64,000 bases of DNA, taken from NCBI GenBank assembly GCA_028534125.1, contig CM052816.1, positions 85,190,001 through 85,254,000 of the forward strand. Reading direction: 5' to 3'. The translations under genes were made by a program, and so were the position numbers. Numbering within the stretch: the first letter of the stretch is position 1; every line of letters begins with the position of its first letter. Origin of the DNA: Lama glama (lineage: Eukaryota). The notes under the pieces are model-generated. The model searched no databases and was not told the DNA's origin. It was given only the letters and a program-made list of their open reading frames with translations. This document shows, in pieces, positions 38,751 through 51,693 of the stretch.

Positions 38751-39560
38751 TGCTCCGGGCGTGACTTGGCTCCAGCAGGAGGACGGCGGAGGCCTCTGGA
38801 GGTCAGCGTGGGAATTACTGACTGGTTTTGAGGGCACTCCGATGGGGTACAATGCCGGCAGCCTTCGGCCAAACTCAGAGCAAGTCTGCCCAGCAACGTG
38901 GTACCCGGATGCGGCACGCACAGCGTAGCCCCCGTCATCGGGACCACGCCCCCTCCAGGGGATCACGCTGCGGCGTCGCTGGGGGTCAGTGACTGAGACT
39001 CACGCCTGTCGGCTGGTTGCCTCTGGCTGTCCTCCCCTTGGTGCCAGACACCGGGTCGGTGGGGACCTGTGGACAAGAGGGAGCCGCGGCAGTGTGCCCG
39101 CTGTCTCCCCAGCACTGCTGTCCTCTTGACCCCAGCATGAGGCAGGAGCGGCGGCTGCTCCAGGGCTTTGTGGCCTCCTCCCCGGCCTCCAGCGTCAGCA
39201 GCAGATTCTCGTTCATCACTTCCGGTTTGGAAAAAGGAAAGCAGGCAGCTCCGGGAGCCAAGAGGCGAGACTCAGAAAAGGCCCAGCTCCTGAGGGTTGC
39301 CTCTCAAAACGGAACAAGGACGCTCAATCCAAGTTCGGGAAAAGGCACTGGGGACACTGCAGAGGGAAAGAGTCCCAACGTAGGTCCGGGACCGGTGACG
39401 ACCTCTTCTGGCGATCTGGTGAGTACCCACGGGCATCTCTCATGCTTGTAGCTCTCACTAGGCCCGAAGTTTAAAAACTCCTCCTGTTCTGCTGAAAGGG
39501 GAAAGGAGACCGAACCTCAGACGCCTGGGCAACTCCCTAAGAAACCAAGTTGGTCAGGAG
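38420..39560. promoter_or_regulatory. CpG-island-like region over the ERV LTR and leader
   Basis: About 60 CpGs in ~1.1 kb by manual count, visibly GC-rich in an otherwise AT-rich, CpG-depleted window. Confidence 0.8.
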
Positions 39561-40077
39561 CTAATGTGGCTAAGCCGCTCTGGCCCAGAGGCAGTCCCTT
39601 CTAGCCTCCTGCGGGACGTGCTTCCTGAAGAGGGACTAATGCCTCAAGCACAAGCTGCTACACATTCACAGGGGACCCCTGGCTGTATCAGAGTCCATGC
39701 CATTTGGTCTCCTCCTACTTTGGTCTTTCAGGGAATCTGTTAACAGTTTGGTGCTGGTTCTAGATTTCCAAAGTGGAAATCTTTCGTGGATCATTTCCCA
39801 AAGTGACCTCAAGATTAGGTGTAAACTTTGAAACTGGAAATAGAACCAGATACCCCTGCTTCTCACTTGGTTGAGGTTGCCTGGATGTTTGATAACCAAA
39901 ATATAAAGTAGAAAAAATCAGAGGATAAACAGGTCCAGAGACAAGCCACCTACTGGCTGTTGCCCTCCATTGTCAATCATTTGGGGCAGGAATCTGGACT
40001 ATGGGGGGACTCTTAGCTCCTGAGAGTGACTCCAGTCCCAACCAAGGGATAGCAAGCCAAGGAAACTGGGACCCAGT

Positions 40078-40375
40078 CAGCTTTCCATTTGTAAACAGGA
40101 GGGACACTGGAAGGGAGAATACCCTTGCCACCTCTGAAGGCAAACAGAAGTGGTAGATCCCAGACACTACCCTCGAAGGCAGAATGTCCAAATAGTGAAG
40201 AGAGGCAGGGCTGGGGGTGCTCCTAACCTGGCACTCCAACTGACCCCCTAGGAGCCCTGGCTGACATTGGACATGGGGAGAAAACCTGCTGAATTCTAAG
40301 TTGACACCAGTGCCACATACTTGGTCTGAACACCAGATCTGCAAACTCAGTCACAAGAGTTGTAAAATTATGGAG
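40078..40375 (+). pseudogene. ERV Gag zinc knuckle(s) and protease N-terminal remnant
   Basis: QLSICKQEGHWKGEYPCHL*RQ (decayed CX2CX4HX4C plus a possible second knuckle) and EPWLTLDMGRKPAEF*VDTSATYLV (cf. EP.VTL.V.G..I.FLVDTGATYSV). Confidence 0.85.
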
Positions 40376-40847
40376 GCATTGACTGAAAAAAAAAAAAAAA
40401 GCACAACATGAGAGTCATGAGTTAAGTTTTATTTCAGACCAAATGAGGACTACACCTCAGGAGACAGCATTTCAGAGAGCTCTGAGGAATTGCTCCGAAG
40501 AGGCAAGGGGGCGTGTCGGTATTATTTATGATTTTAGTGAAGGGGTGTTCCACGCAGTCAAGCACACATGTAGGCAGAGGCTTGCTGCTAGTCACGAGGA
40601 GCAGATGTCACCATTAATGATTTTAGTGTTTTTCTAGATGTGAGGAGATGCAAGACTTGGGGCTCATAAAATCTTCTCCTGAAAATACCTGACTATCTGA
40701 AGGCCTGTTTGCCAGTTTTTCCCAGAGCACAGAGTGCTTTATTCCTGATCTCCACTCTGAAAGTTCGGTACTGAAAGCCAGCTGCTGCAGCAGCTCACAG
40801 CTTAATTCTTACACAGGCATATGGCAAGGGCCAGTTTTTGGCTGGCA
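40376..40847 (-). mobile_element. ERV1 solo LTR inserted in the ERV protease gene
   Basis: GGAG flanks both sides (40372-40375, 40848-40851); right end CA; TTTATT (minus-strand AATAAA) near 40428; shares a motif with 56750-57178. Confidence 0.85.
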
Positions 40848-40917
40848 GGAGTATCAGGGAAGAGAATCAAGAACGAGCACTCACAGAGCTGTTAGACAAC
40901 CTAGTTGTTCCTGTAAA

Positions 40918-41175
40918 AGTCTGTCACACACTAAATCCTGCCACCTTACTACCTACAGAAGCAGGGCCCTTGGAAAGTGATCGCAGAGAAACAATAGACA
41001 TAGTTTAATCCATTTGTCTGAACCTAGGAAGTGACCCTTTCCAGAACACTGAAGAGGAGTTGTTCGTGAACAGGATGAGGAAAGGAAAAAGGTTGGCAGG
41101 ATACACAGTAACCTCCCAGACTCAAGTCATGGGAGCAAGAAGCCTACCCCCCAGGGACTTCTACCCAAAAGGTGG
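40918..41175 (+). pseudogene. pol: ERV pol connection/RNase H remnant
   Basis: VCHTLNPATLLPTEAGPLESDRRETIDIV*S...LFVNR...GKRLAGYTVTSQTQVMGARSLPP..TSTQK (cf. LNPATLLP, AGYAV, LP.GTSAQKAE). Confidence 0.88.
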
Positions 41176-44040
41176 GTCTTTTCTGAGATTTACCTCCAGC
41201 GCTCAACCAGATTCCCACAGCAAATATTAGGGAAAGGTCCCCTCTTGATTACTTAGAAGGGGGAAGGGAAAGGAACCATTTTGAAATAATCCCGAGAATT
41301 TAACAAGCCTGCCCTAGGAGAAACCACTTAACTAAAAGCCTGACTTCTGGGGTTTTACTGGAGCCTAATTCATCTTGGGGAGAGGAAACAGCCAACTCCA
41401 GTCACCTGTAACCTTCCACATAGTAGGGAACCATGCAGTTTCAACCATTTCTAGCCATCCTGTCCAACCTAAGAAGGGAGAAAAAAATAAAAACGCATGT
41501 GAAGTTCACTGTCCAGAGATATAAACTCACTACAAAATGTGAAACCTAATCATAGCACTAGAGAAAGATTTCCCTCCCCCATTCCCTCCCACCACGTTGC
41601 TAAAGGCTTATTTATAGCAATTCTTTTTACATGGTTCATCATGTCTAGTTATCAAAAAGAATTACCAAAATATAAAAGGTACAATTTGAAAAAAACAGAG
41701 AAAGCATCAGAACCAGACATGGCAGAGATGTTAGAATTACCAGTTTGAGTATTTAAAACAACTATGATTAATAGCTAAGGGTTCTAGTGAATGAATTAGA
41801 GAGTATCCACAAAACAGATGGGCAATGTAAGCAGAGAATTGGAAATAGTAAAAAGAATCGCAAAGAAATGCTAGAGAGCAAAACCATGTCACACAAATGA
41901 AGGACGCTTTTGATAGTTTTTTTAGTAGATTGGACATAGCCGTGGAAAGAATCTCTGAGCTGGAGGGTATGTCAATAGAGTTCTTAAAAACTAAAAAGTA
42001 GAGAACTGAATGAAAAAACAGAACAGAATATTCAAGGACTGTAGGACAACAACAGAAGTTGTAGCACATGCATAATGGGAATACCAAAAGAAGAAATAGA
42101 GAAGGAAAAAAAAAGAAATATTTTGAAAAACAATGACAATATTTCAAATTAATATAAGACACCAAACCAGGGATTTAGGAAGCTCAGAGAACACAAAGCA
42201 GAGTAAATTTCAAAAGTAATCAAACAAACAAACAAAAAACTCTACTCCTAGGCATATCATTTTCAAACTACAGAGAAAATCAAAGGTTAAAAAAAAAATC
42301 CTGAAGGAAGCCAGAGGGGGAAATAATTCCTCTATCCCTAAAGGAACAAAGATAAGAATGACATCTGCTTCTCCTCAAAGACAATGCAAGAAGAAAACAG
42401 TAAAGGGAACTATGTAATGTGTTGAAAAAAAACCCACCACCCTAGAATTCTGCACTTTGTGAAATTATCCTTCAGAAGTGAAGGAGAAATCAGGACTTTC
42501 TCAGACAAACAAAAACTGAGGAAATTTGTTGCCAGTAGACCTGCCTTACAAAAAATGTAAAACAAAGTTCTTTAGAGGGAAGGAAAACAATATGGGTCAG
42601 AAAATCAGATCTACATACGAAAGGGAGAGCATCAAAAGTGAATAAGTAAAAATGAAAACTTTTAACTTTCTTATTTGTATTCTGATTTGATATAACAGAG
42701 AATAGTTTGTTCAAAATAATACTATCTAGATCTAAAAGAAGTTGTATGGGTTGAATATATAAATGATATATATTTGAAATGTTTCAACATGTAAAGTCAT
42801 TAAAAAATAATAATACAAATAATATATTTGATTTTGGAGATATATACACATATAAGTTTATATATGTAAATATAAATGAGTAAATAAATATATATAGATG
42901 TTTAAGAAACAGAGACTTGATTGAAATAAATAGGCATTTATTTGGAATTGTTAGGACTGCGAACTGGGAGACATAGATTCAAGAAGCACTTAATTTATGT
43001 TCCCAGAAACTACAAAATGGGTAGGCTTATAAAGCCAAAAATTGCAAGGTTATATAACCTGTTTAGAATTAAAATTGGAGCTGGCAAAAAGTTGTTTCTT
43101 GTTAAGCAAGGACTAGTTGGGGTTTGAAATGATAACATAGTTGTAAAGGGGAGACAGCTTTGAAATTTACAAGGTTGCAGCTACCTTCTGCTGGCAAATC
43201 CTGTTTTGTAAATGGCTGATGGTTTCCTCAAGTTTAATATAGTTCAGAGAAAATTCAAGTTCTCAGTGGTGCCGAGACAGGTCTAAAACCAGATCCTCAA
43301 TGGCTGCCTGACTCCGTTTTTGTATGTCTGAACTCTGATTACTCTATTATAACTTCAATTTGTCATCTATATGTATGTATATATACCTATATCTATCTAC
43401 TTACCTATTTATCTATATACATATGTATGCTTACATATACTGATTTATAAGTGAGATGAATGACAGTAATGACACAAGGGATGGGGGCGGGATTAGCATT
43501 TTGTTTATATGAGGTACTCATACCACCTTTGAAGTATTATAGTGTTATTTGAAAGTAGACTTGGCTTGGATTAGTTGTAAATGTATATTGCAAATCCTAG
43601 GGCAACCAGTCAAAAAATGTAAAAAAAAATTAAAACTGGTATTGTATGAAAGAAAAAGTAGAATTACATAAAATGTTCAATTAAAAGCACAAAAGGCAGA
43701 AAAAGTGAAAGACAAAACTAGGAAGAATGAGCAGGGCAACAAATAGGAAACAGTAACAAATATGGTAGATACTAATCTAACCGTATCAATAATCACTTTG
43801 AACATCAGTGATGTAAATGCATCAATTCAGAGATTGTCAGAGTGGATAAAAAACAAGAACCAATTAAATGTTGTCTAAACGAAACCCACTTTAAATATAA
43901 ATATGTCTATGACTGAAAGTAAGTACATGGGGAAGAGTATACCATGTTCACACAAATCAAAAGAAAGTACGAATATCTATGTCAATTTTGGGCAGTGGAC
44001 TTTAAAGCAAGGAAAGTTATCAGAGATAAAATATAATGGA
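41176..44040 (+). mobile_element. Old LINE-1 5' region, ORF1 and start of ORF2 endonuclease (L1MC/MD-like), interrupted by an LTR
   Basis: ORF1-like 'ctaggcatatcattttcaaactacag...aaaatcctgaaggaagccagagg', 'aaattatccttcagaagtgaaggagaaat'; EN start SIITLN...EWIKKQ...CL.ETHF at ~43785-43890. Confidence 0.85.
42899..43358 (-). mobile_element. Probable ERV1 solo LTR within L1
   Basis: Starts tgtttaag; tttatt followed by 'aggactgcgaactgggagacatagattcaagaagc' and 'cttataaa', the usual reverse-strand layout of ERV1 LTRs; interrupts the L1. Confidence 0.6.
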
Positions 44041-44277
44041 ATATCTCTAATACCTTAGTAAAGCATTCAGTACAATATCCACTATAGTGCTGTTTGTGAA
44101 TTCTAGGCTGTAAGTTGAGCCCTTAATTGAAAATTTGTTTATGTATAAAAAAAAATATGCGTGTGTATGTATGATTGTGTGTAGATGAACTTTTCTAGAA
44201 TGTAAATAAAGAAAAATAAGTAGCTCATTATATCTCACCATTTTGATATTCGACTCATAATCTTGTGTACTGCCTGA

Positions 44278-44916
44278 TTTTTTTTTCAATTGAAGTACAG
44301 TCAGTTACAATGTGTCAATTTCTGGTGTACAGCATAATGTCTCAGTCATGCATATACATACATATATTCATTTTCATATTCTTTTTCATTAAAGGTTATT
44401 ACAAGATACTGAATGATATTGAATATAGTTCCCTGTACTATACAGAAGTTTGGGGGTTTTAAATCTATTTTTATGTACTGTGGCTAACATTTGCAAATCT
44501 CAAACTCCCAAAATTATCCCTTCCCACCTCCTTTCCTCAGGTAAACATAAGATTGTTTACTAAGTCTACAAGTCTGTTTCTGATTTGTAGATGAGTTTAT
44601 TAGTGTCATCTTTTTTCTTTTTTTTTTTTTTCAGATTCTACATATGAGTGATACCATATGGTATTTTCCTTTCTCTTGCTGACTTGCTTAGAATGGCACT
44701 CTCTAGGTCCATCCATATTGCTGAAAATGGCATTAATTTATTCTTTTTATGGTTGAGTAATATTTCATTGTATAAATATCCAGTCATTATCCAGTCATCT
44801 GTCAATGGACATTTAGGTTGCTTCCGTGTCTTGGCCATTGTAAATAATGCTGCTATTAACATTGGGGTGCGTGTATCTTTTCGAATTAAAGTTCTCTCTG
44901 GATATGTGCCCAGAAG
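44278..44916 (-). mobile_element. LINE-1 3' end with TSD
   Basis: Minus ORF LIAALFTMAKTRKQPKCPLTDDWI (ORF2 end); poly(T) start; TSD gcctgattttttt (44272-44284) vs gcctgatgttttt (44917-44929). Confidence 0.92.
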
Positions 44917-45679
44917 GCCTGATGTTTTTACCTTATTCTATTCATGCATTATTTTCACAATAGTAGTTAGTTTCCATAATCATAACTAATAAAAATAGTT
45001 CCTAGATGTTTACAAATAATATGTAAATTATGAAATGACTTTAAAAAGTAAGTTGGAACAGAGGGAATTGAGATTAGGAAAATTTAGAATACAAGGGAAT
45101 TATAAAGAATAAGAAGGATCAAAAATTAAAGAAATAAAAATTGGTTACTTCATGGACTGAAATTATGTTGTGATGCTTTGAAAGTTTTATTCTATCTCAA
45201 CGAAGATGTACAAGACTCATTCTGAAGTTTAGCTTCTGAGGTTTTGACTTCCAGAGAAGTGAATACAAAGTAATCTAACTATACAAGCATACATTTGCAG
45301 GTTCTCTCTCCTCCCCCTTTTCAGGTTTAGTATGTGACTCTCTGATTTCTGATCTGAAGTGCCCTGTATATCAAATTTAAAAAATGCCGTGTCTGTTCCT
45401 TATAATTTACCTACTGAGAGCCAGTGCCTTCCACACTCAACTATTCCACTGCAAAAGCTCCCCCTGTGTTTACCTGCATTTACTAGAACTTTTTTTGTTG
45501 AACATTTTATTTTTCATACAATACCAACACCACCTCCTGTTTTTTTTTTTTGCAAGACTGCACTTTGCTGCTTTTTCTACCTCTGTTTCTCAATCACTAA
45601 CATGTTTATTCTTGTCTCATGTATTTTATTAGATGTTCAATATTTTTTTTTCCATAGACTAAAACAAGCAATACTTAAT

Positions 45680-46992
45680 TAAACTTCTGCATCTGATACA
45701 GCAATCACATGTGTCTATACTCACCTATGTAGCCAACTTCTTCAAACAGTTGGTGAAAGTTTTTGCACCTATTTTTATCACTCATTATTCACCTCCCTGT
45801 ATTTTGGACTTCCCCCATCCCATTGCCCAAAATGTATTTGACAAGATCAATAGTGGCATGTGGTACTAAATCCTACAGCAATTTATACTTCTGACTACTC
45901 TCTATTTGAAACACAAACCTTTCTTGGTTTCTTTGATTTCATCTTATTTTATGTTACTGTCCTCTTCTTCCTATCTCCCCTTTTTCCTTTTTTCACCCTT
46001 ATCCTTTTTGGGTTCCTTCAGATCTCATTTGTAGAACATGATTCTCTTTATTTCATCTTTCTCCCCAATAAACAATATTCGTATCAGTGAATTCAGCTGT
46101 CACTTTTATCAGATTTATCTCTGATAAATCTTTGTTATCTCTAGGAACCAAATTTGACATTCTTCAACATTTTTTGGTCTTTTATTACTTACCTTGAATC
46201 TATCATCTTTTCTTCTCTACTGTTTGGTAGTTTCCAGCTACCATAAACCTTTGTTTGAAATATTATATACACCCAATGGGATAATTCAGTCTGCTTCAGT
46301 ATATACAAAGCCGGCCCCACCCAACAAAGCTATTTCCTATGTGTCAATTAGAGACTTCTTATCCAAATTCAGATCTGATCATATTGCCCTCTACTTAAAA
46401 TTCTTAATTATTTCCAATTATCCTTATATAAAAGGCAAAATATATTAAGGTAAAAAACAAGACCTGATATTTTGACCCTACTACCTAACTGTCAAGCTTC
46501 ATCTAAATATATTCCCATCTTGATCTTGGTGTTCTATGTACAGCAGGATTATTTTATTTTATTGCATACTCCATGTTGGCTCTAGCATCATCCTTTTGCA
46601 CATACTGTCTCCTTCCAGCCTTGGATGTTTCCACTCAGTTCCCTATTTGTCAGGTTAATTTCTGTTCTGCCTCCAATTTCAGCTCTATCATTTTATTAGA
46701 TAATCCTTTACTGACCTCCCTAATTATAAATGTTCTTCATACTGCATTTTCATGACACCAGGGGCCTTTCTATTTAGCACTTTATAAACAACTTTTAATT
46801 TTATATTTGTCTGTGTGATTCATTGGTTAATATCTATCCTTTAGTAGGTTCTATGCTCAAGTAGTTCTGACACTGTCTTATCTTTTCTCTTTCATTGTTT
46901 TATTCCGAGTGTCTACAAAGAAACTGACAGGTGGGAGGTGTTCCTTAAATATTTGTAAATGGATTAATAAGTGAACAAATGGATGAATAAAA
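45680..46992 (+). mobile_element. LINE-2 3' portion
   Basis: Pyrimidine-rich; 'aattcagatctgatcatattgccctctacttaaaattctt' and terminal 'ggtgttccttaaatatttgtaaatggattaataagtgaacaaatggatgaataaa'. Confidence 0.75.
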
Positions 46993-47854
46993 TAAGTTCC
47001 ATGATATTTCAAGTATCTTATTATTCTCATACATTTGTTATTATGACATGTATTTTTATGATATTCTTGTATCATTCAATGTGAAGTGGTCTTGTATTTT
47101 GGGAAATAAAACACCTATGTCAGACTTCCCTATTTATTAATAACACTTAACCCTGAGCATTACCCATACTAACATTATAGGAATTTAGGGGACATAGATC
47201 TGAAAACTCTGTATTTGCAGTTAGATCCCCAGATGGATAGAACATTCTAGATTTTTCCATAAATAGAGCTCCTTCATGGAACCACACACTCACGATTGGT
47301 TTAGTAGGGGAACTGTCACTTTTACTTTAATATATACCTAGTCATTACTGGGTGAAAATGCTACTTGAATAATATATATCTTCCAATATTAATAATCAAC
47401 ATAGGTAAAAAATAGAAATGTCAAAAGGTCAAAAGAAATTCCATAATTGACTGTATTGCTATTCAGTTAAAAGACATCTGGGGACATTAGTCAGTAGGAC
47501 CAGCCTCAGAATAAATTAGTGGATTAACAAGGGATATGGTTATTCAGGGAATTGTGTGAGATGATAATAAAATACCTGGGAAGGTTTAATGATGAAATTT
47601 TCCCCAGGGAAAGCTGCTGAACAATCATTAAAAGTATTCTCTAATCTCTTAGATTTTTTTATCATTCTTCCCAGTGATTCAAATGTGAATAATCACATTT
47701 CTAAAAAGGCATGTAATGGTACCTTTAAGAGAAATTAAGAAGTAGTTAACTCAGAAAAATACATATGTGGCATTTTAAGGTTCCTGCAAAGAGCAATCCT
47801 TTTTTGAATTAAAATGCATGTCCCCTCGTATTTCTAATATTTATTAAATCTAAC

Positions 47855-48065
47855 ATTTAATGAATGCATATTATGCTTTAGACATTCTCTTAGGAACAAT
47901 CTTGTTTAATTTTTATAACACTGTTTTAACCTATTCGTAATTCACAAAAAGGAAACCAAGGCTCAGTAGAGTGGAATGCATGTGTGAGTTTTTGTAGCTG
48001 AGATGGGGCTGAGCCAAGGTATAATTAATTGACTCCAGGCTCTAGGTATGTTTCATTATGCCATA
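47855..48065 (-). mobile_element. MIR SINE fragment
   Basis: 'cacaaaaaggaaaccaaggctcagtagagtgg' resembles the MIR core on the reverse strand. Confidence 0.6.
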
Positions 48066-48399
48066 TGATCCCTAGAATGCCAAGCCATTTTTCCACTTAG
48101 AGAAAGATAAAATGTTAATACCCACAAGATTGTATCTCTGTTCTACACTGTGCATAATAACTAATGAAACTGCTTACATTTTAAATTATTCTCTGTCACA
48201 GTGTTACCACTTAACCTGAGAAGAACACACTCATTTACATTCCAAGGGCAGTTTGCGATTTGAATTAAACATAAGTGTATACAAGAAAGGCATCCCATGA
48301 TGTTTTCCAGGAAGTTAGCCTCTAAGCACTTATTAACTAATATATTTCCTTGGCAGATAAATGGTAAATTAAAATGTATTGTTCTGTCAATGGAAAGAA

Positions 48400-48560
48400 A
48401 CTGAATTGAGGGCCATTCTGCATTCTAGTTTCAGCTACAGCAGTAACTTGTGGTATGACCTTGGAGAAGTCGTCATTTCATGTTTCTGGGTCATATTTTT
48501 TACTTTCATTATGAGTGAATCGACTAGATCATCTATATGGTTATTTTGAGCCTTAAATTT
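48400..48560 (+). mobile_element. MIR SINE fragment
   Basis: 'ttctagtttcagct...taacttgtggtatgaccttggagaagtc...tttctgggtc'. Confidence 0.55.
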
Positions 48561-51529
48561 TTTTTCTTCAAATACAATGATTATAGGAGCCTTCTTACAA
48601 AGATCACAACACTCCTAGTTTCCCCGTCTTAGTTAATCAACTCACTTGGGGAGTCTTCAATGCAGAAAACGTCTTCACTTCATCCCTTTCCCTTATCTCC
48701 AATGGAATAATGAAACATAAGCCACAAAGAAGGTTCTTATCACATGGACGCACTGCAGATTGTTCTTCCATAAAGCCTTCCTATTAACTGCTACTTAGCA
48801 GACTTCATACCAGATGTGGGAAGATATGTGGGCTGACAGATACTGTCTGCCTTCCAATGACCTGGCATACAGGATGGAGGCATTCCATTTGGAGCTTCGG
48901 TGCCAGCTGCTCGGGGAGCTTCAACAACTCTGCAGAAGGAACTACCAAGTAGAGTTGCATACTTAATGCCTCCTACTCCACAGCACCTGGGGGAGGTGAA
49001 AACCCCAAGATATCTAGGGAGTGGGTTGACTCTGTGGCTCTTTGTGTTGTAACTTCATGTATTTACACTTACAGAAATTTCTTTGTTTTACATTTCCACG
49101 ATTTGGCCTGACTTTGGTAACTTCTCTTCATATCTACAACTGTCACTCCAATTAAAGCCCACCTGATCATGAATAAAATTTTGCTAATTGCTCCTTGATA
49201 TCATTCCTGATCTGATCTGATCTATTTTTATAAGGCCAGCATATTGACGCCAACTCATCCTTTCTAACTGAGACCATCCACACATTCCACTGCAATGCGA
49301 AATCCACCTTTTAACACCTGCTTGTTTGCCCATTCTGAATTAGCCACACTAGCCCCTGTGTGTCCCCCGACAAAGTTAAACCCGTTTTCACCTTGGCTTC
49401 TTGGCTCTGCTTGTTCTCTTTTACCTCACATTTTGCATGGTTACCTCCTGTCGTTATTCATGTGTCAGTTCCCAGAAAATCCTTCTTGACATTTGTTTAG
49501 TTTCCCAACTCTCTGCCCCTCCCTAATCATCACCCTGTTTTATTTTATTAATTTTATGAGTCATTGACTTATTATTTATTTTTAACATTGATTTTTTTCT
49601 ATTAGATTGCATCCTCCATGAGAACACAAGATTGTCATGTTTAACTGAGAAGTCCTAAAAAATCATTTTAATATATATTAGATTATATAATAGAGAGGGT
49701 GAGGGCAAACAGCGTGAGGGGTGAATAAGGAAAGGAGTAAAGACACACCAAAGTACAGCTGGAGATTTTTGTGGCACTTCGGACATTGCATTTTTCTTGA
49801 TTGATGAATGTGTTCGTATTCATGTGTGATGTATGTCTGATATGAATTATATGATTTCTATGGTCTCTCCCCACTCTAATAATCCTTATGTATGTATATG
49901 TAGTTATGTCTATATGTAGTTTAAAAAATCCTACCTTCAGAAGAAAATAATCTCATTAGGGTCAAAATTATAAAAAAGTATAAATCACAGAATGCTGAAC
50001 TTGTCCCTTTCAGGTTGATATTTGCTTAATAAAGAGGTGAAAATTGTGTATTTCCTCAAAGTGCTGCAATTGTATCTATACTTAGGTAAATATAAAACAC
50101 TCAGATACTTAGATCTGGTTTTGTTTCATTATTAGACAAAAAGTTTTAGATAGGAAACAATCTGGTTTGTGTGGGTTTTACACAGCACAGTAGTTTATTT
50201 GCTGATGCCAGATGATTTGGACTTTTTGTAACCTTATTTCTTGCTGTAGAATAAAATATAGGAGCATGGCTTGTAAGTAGCATAAATTCTTTAGAACTGC
50301 TCCCTCAAGAGAATGAGTTCTCAATAGAATGTTGTTTTGAAAAGATGAATAGTATTGCTGAAATGTGGAAATCTTTATTGAGATATATTTTTGTTGTATT
50401 GTAGTGTTATTTTTTTTCTCCAAGCATTATTTGTAATATTAGTTCAAAAACAATTCTAAAACTTAGTTGAAATAAAGACAGCAAGAAGAATAGCAAGGTA
50501 ACAATGATAAAGTTCCAAAGACAGAAACTAAAAGTAGTCAAGGGGGAAATATTAACTAAAATTGCTAAAAGAAAAGAAAATAAATTGATAAAAGAAATGT
50601 CACTTTGAGACATCAAAATAAAATGGAAGACATATAGGTTTCAATTTAATGACTGCTTGGTGGCTTATGTGAAATGGATTGATTTTCCCAGTCTAACATT
50701 TAATAGAAAATCATCTGTATTCCAAGACAAGGCTAAATTTTGACTTAAAGAAAACTTTACACATTAAAGAGTTCACATGATGTTTTCCACTGAAACAGCT
50801 ATGAAAACGTCATAGAAAATATTTTACAAGACTAGAAGAAAATTCTAGATTTTATTTGGTAACTTTCATTGGTCTCAGCTCTAGATTAAACTTTAAATCA
50901 AAACCTATTAATGAAATTATCTGTGTGTTTGTCTAGAGTATGTTTAAAGATTTTTGACTCATTTTATGATTGTGATAATTTGTCACTGGTAAAGATGTCA
51001 TCATTCATTATGAGAGAAATGTAATTTAAATTCATTTTACTTAAAAAATTATTCTTAGTAGTGGCATAATCATGCAGGCCATGGTTTCAGAAAACTGGAT
51101 AGGAGATGTCAGAATTTAAAGTATTGTTGTGATAATCTTTTCAAAAATGATGAAAAAAATCTATTTAGTAATAGCTTGCTTTCTTGAGCAGTATTCACAA
51201 CTTTTCTACCACTAGTCAATTTTAACATTTTTGTACATAGCTCCCGCAATTACAAGTTCTTGTGTACCAAACACATCAGATTTATCACTATGAATTTTTT
51301 CAGGTTTTAAAATTTGTTTAAGCTATGTGTCTTAAATGTTAATCAACATAAAGGATCAATGTTCTCATAATAAGGTAATATTTTAAGTTAAAAGCGAAGA
51401 CAGGTTTTTTATTAACTTGAATGACCTTATTTTTATGAATACTAAAGAATTTCATTTTAGAAACTAATTGGGATATAATAGGTTATCTGATAATATTATG
51501 TCCCATAAAGCTAATGCTTGTAAAGTGAT

Positions 51530-51693
51530 TTTTAATATAAGAACACCGATGACATTGAATTCAGAACACACACTGATCCAGTATGAGTTATTGTAAGTAG
51601 TTACATCTGCAAGAGTCCCCATTTCCAAAAAAGTCACTTTCTGAAGTCCCACTGGACATAAATTTTGGACTACACTCCTCAACCCACTGCACA
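51530..51693 (-). mobile_element. MaLR LTR fragment (MLT1)
   Basis: 'atccagtatgag...ttacatctgcaagagtccccatttccaaaaaagtcactttctga...caacccactgca'. Confidence 0.7.

Larger units (their letters stand above)
37569..41175 (+). mobile_element. Second class I ERV (LTR, CpG-rich leader, gag, pro, RNase H remnants), 3'-truncated
   Basis: LTR ~38312-38750 with TATAAA (38586) and AATAAA (38659); Gag knuckles 40078-40150; protease 40252-40375; pol connection/RNase H 40918-41175. Confidence 0.85.

Noticed and set aside
38645..39451. Cluster of ORFs (72-144 aa) in the GC-rich region
   Set aside because: High GC lowers stop-codon frequency; low-complexity peptides overlap on both strands within an ERV leader.
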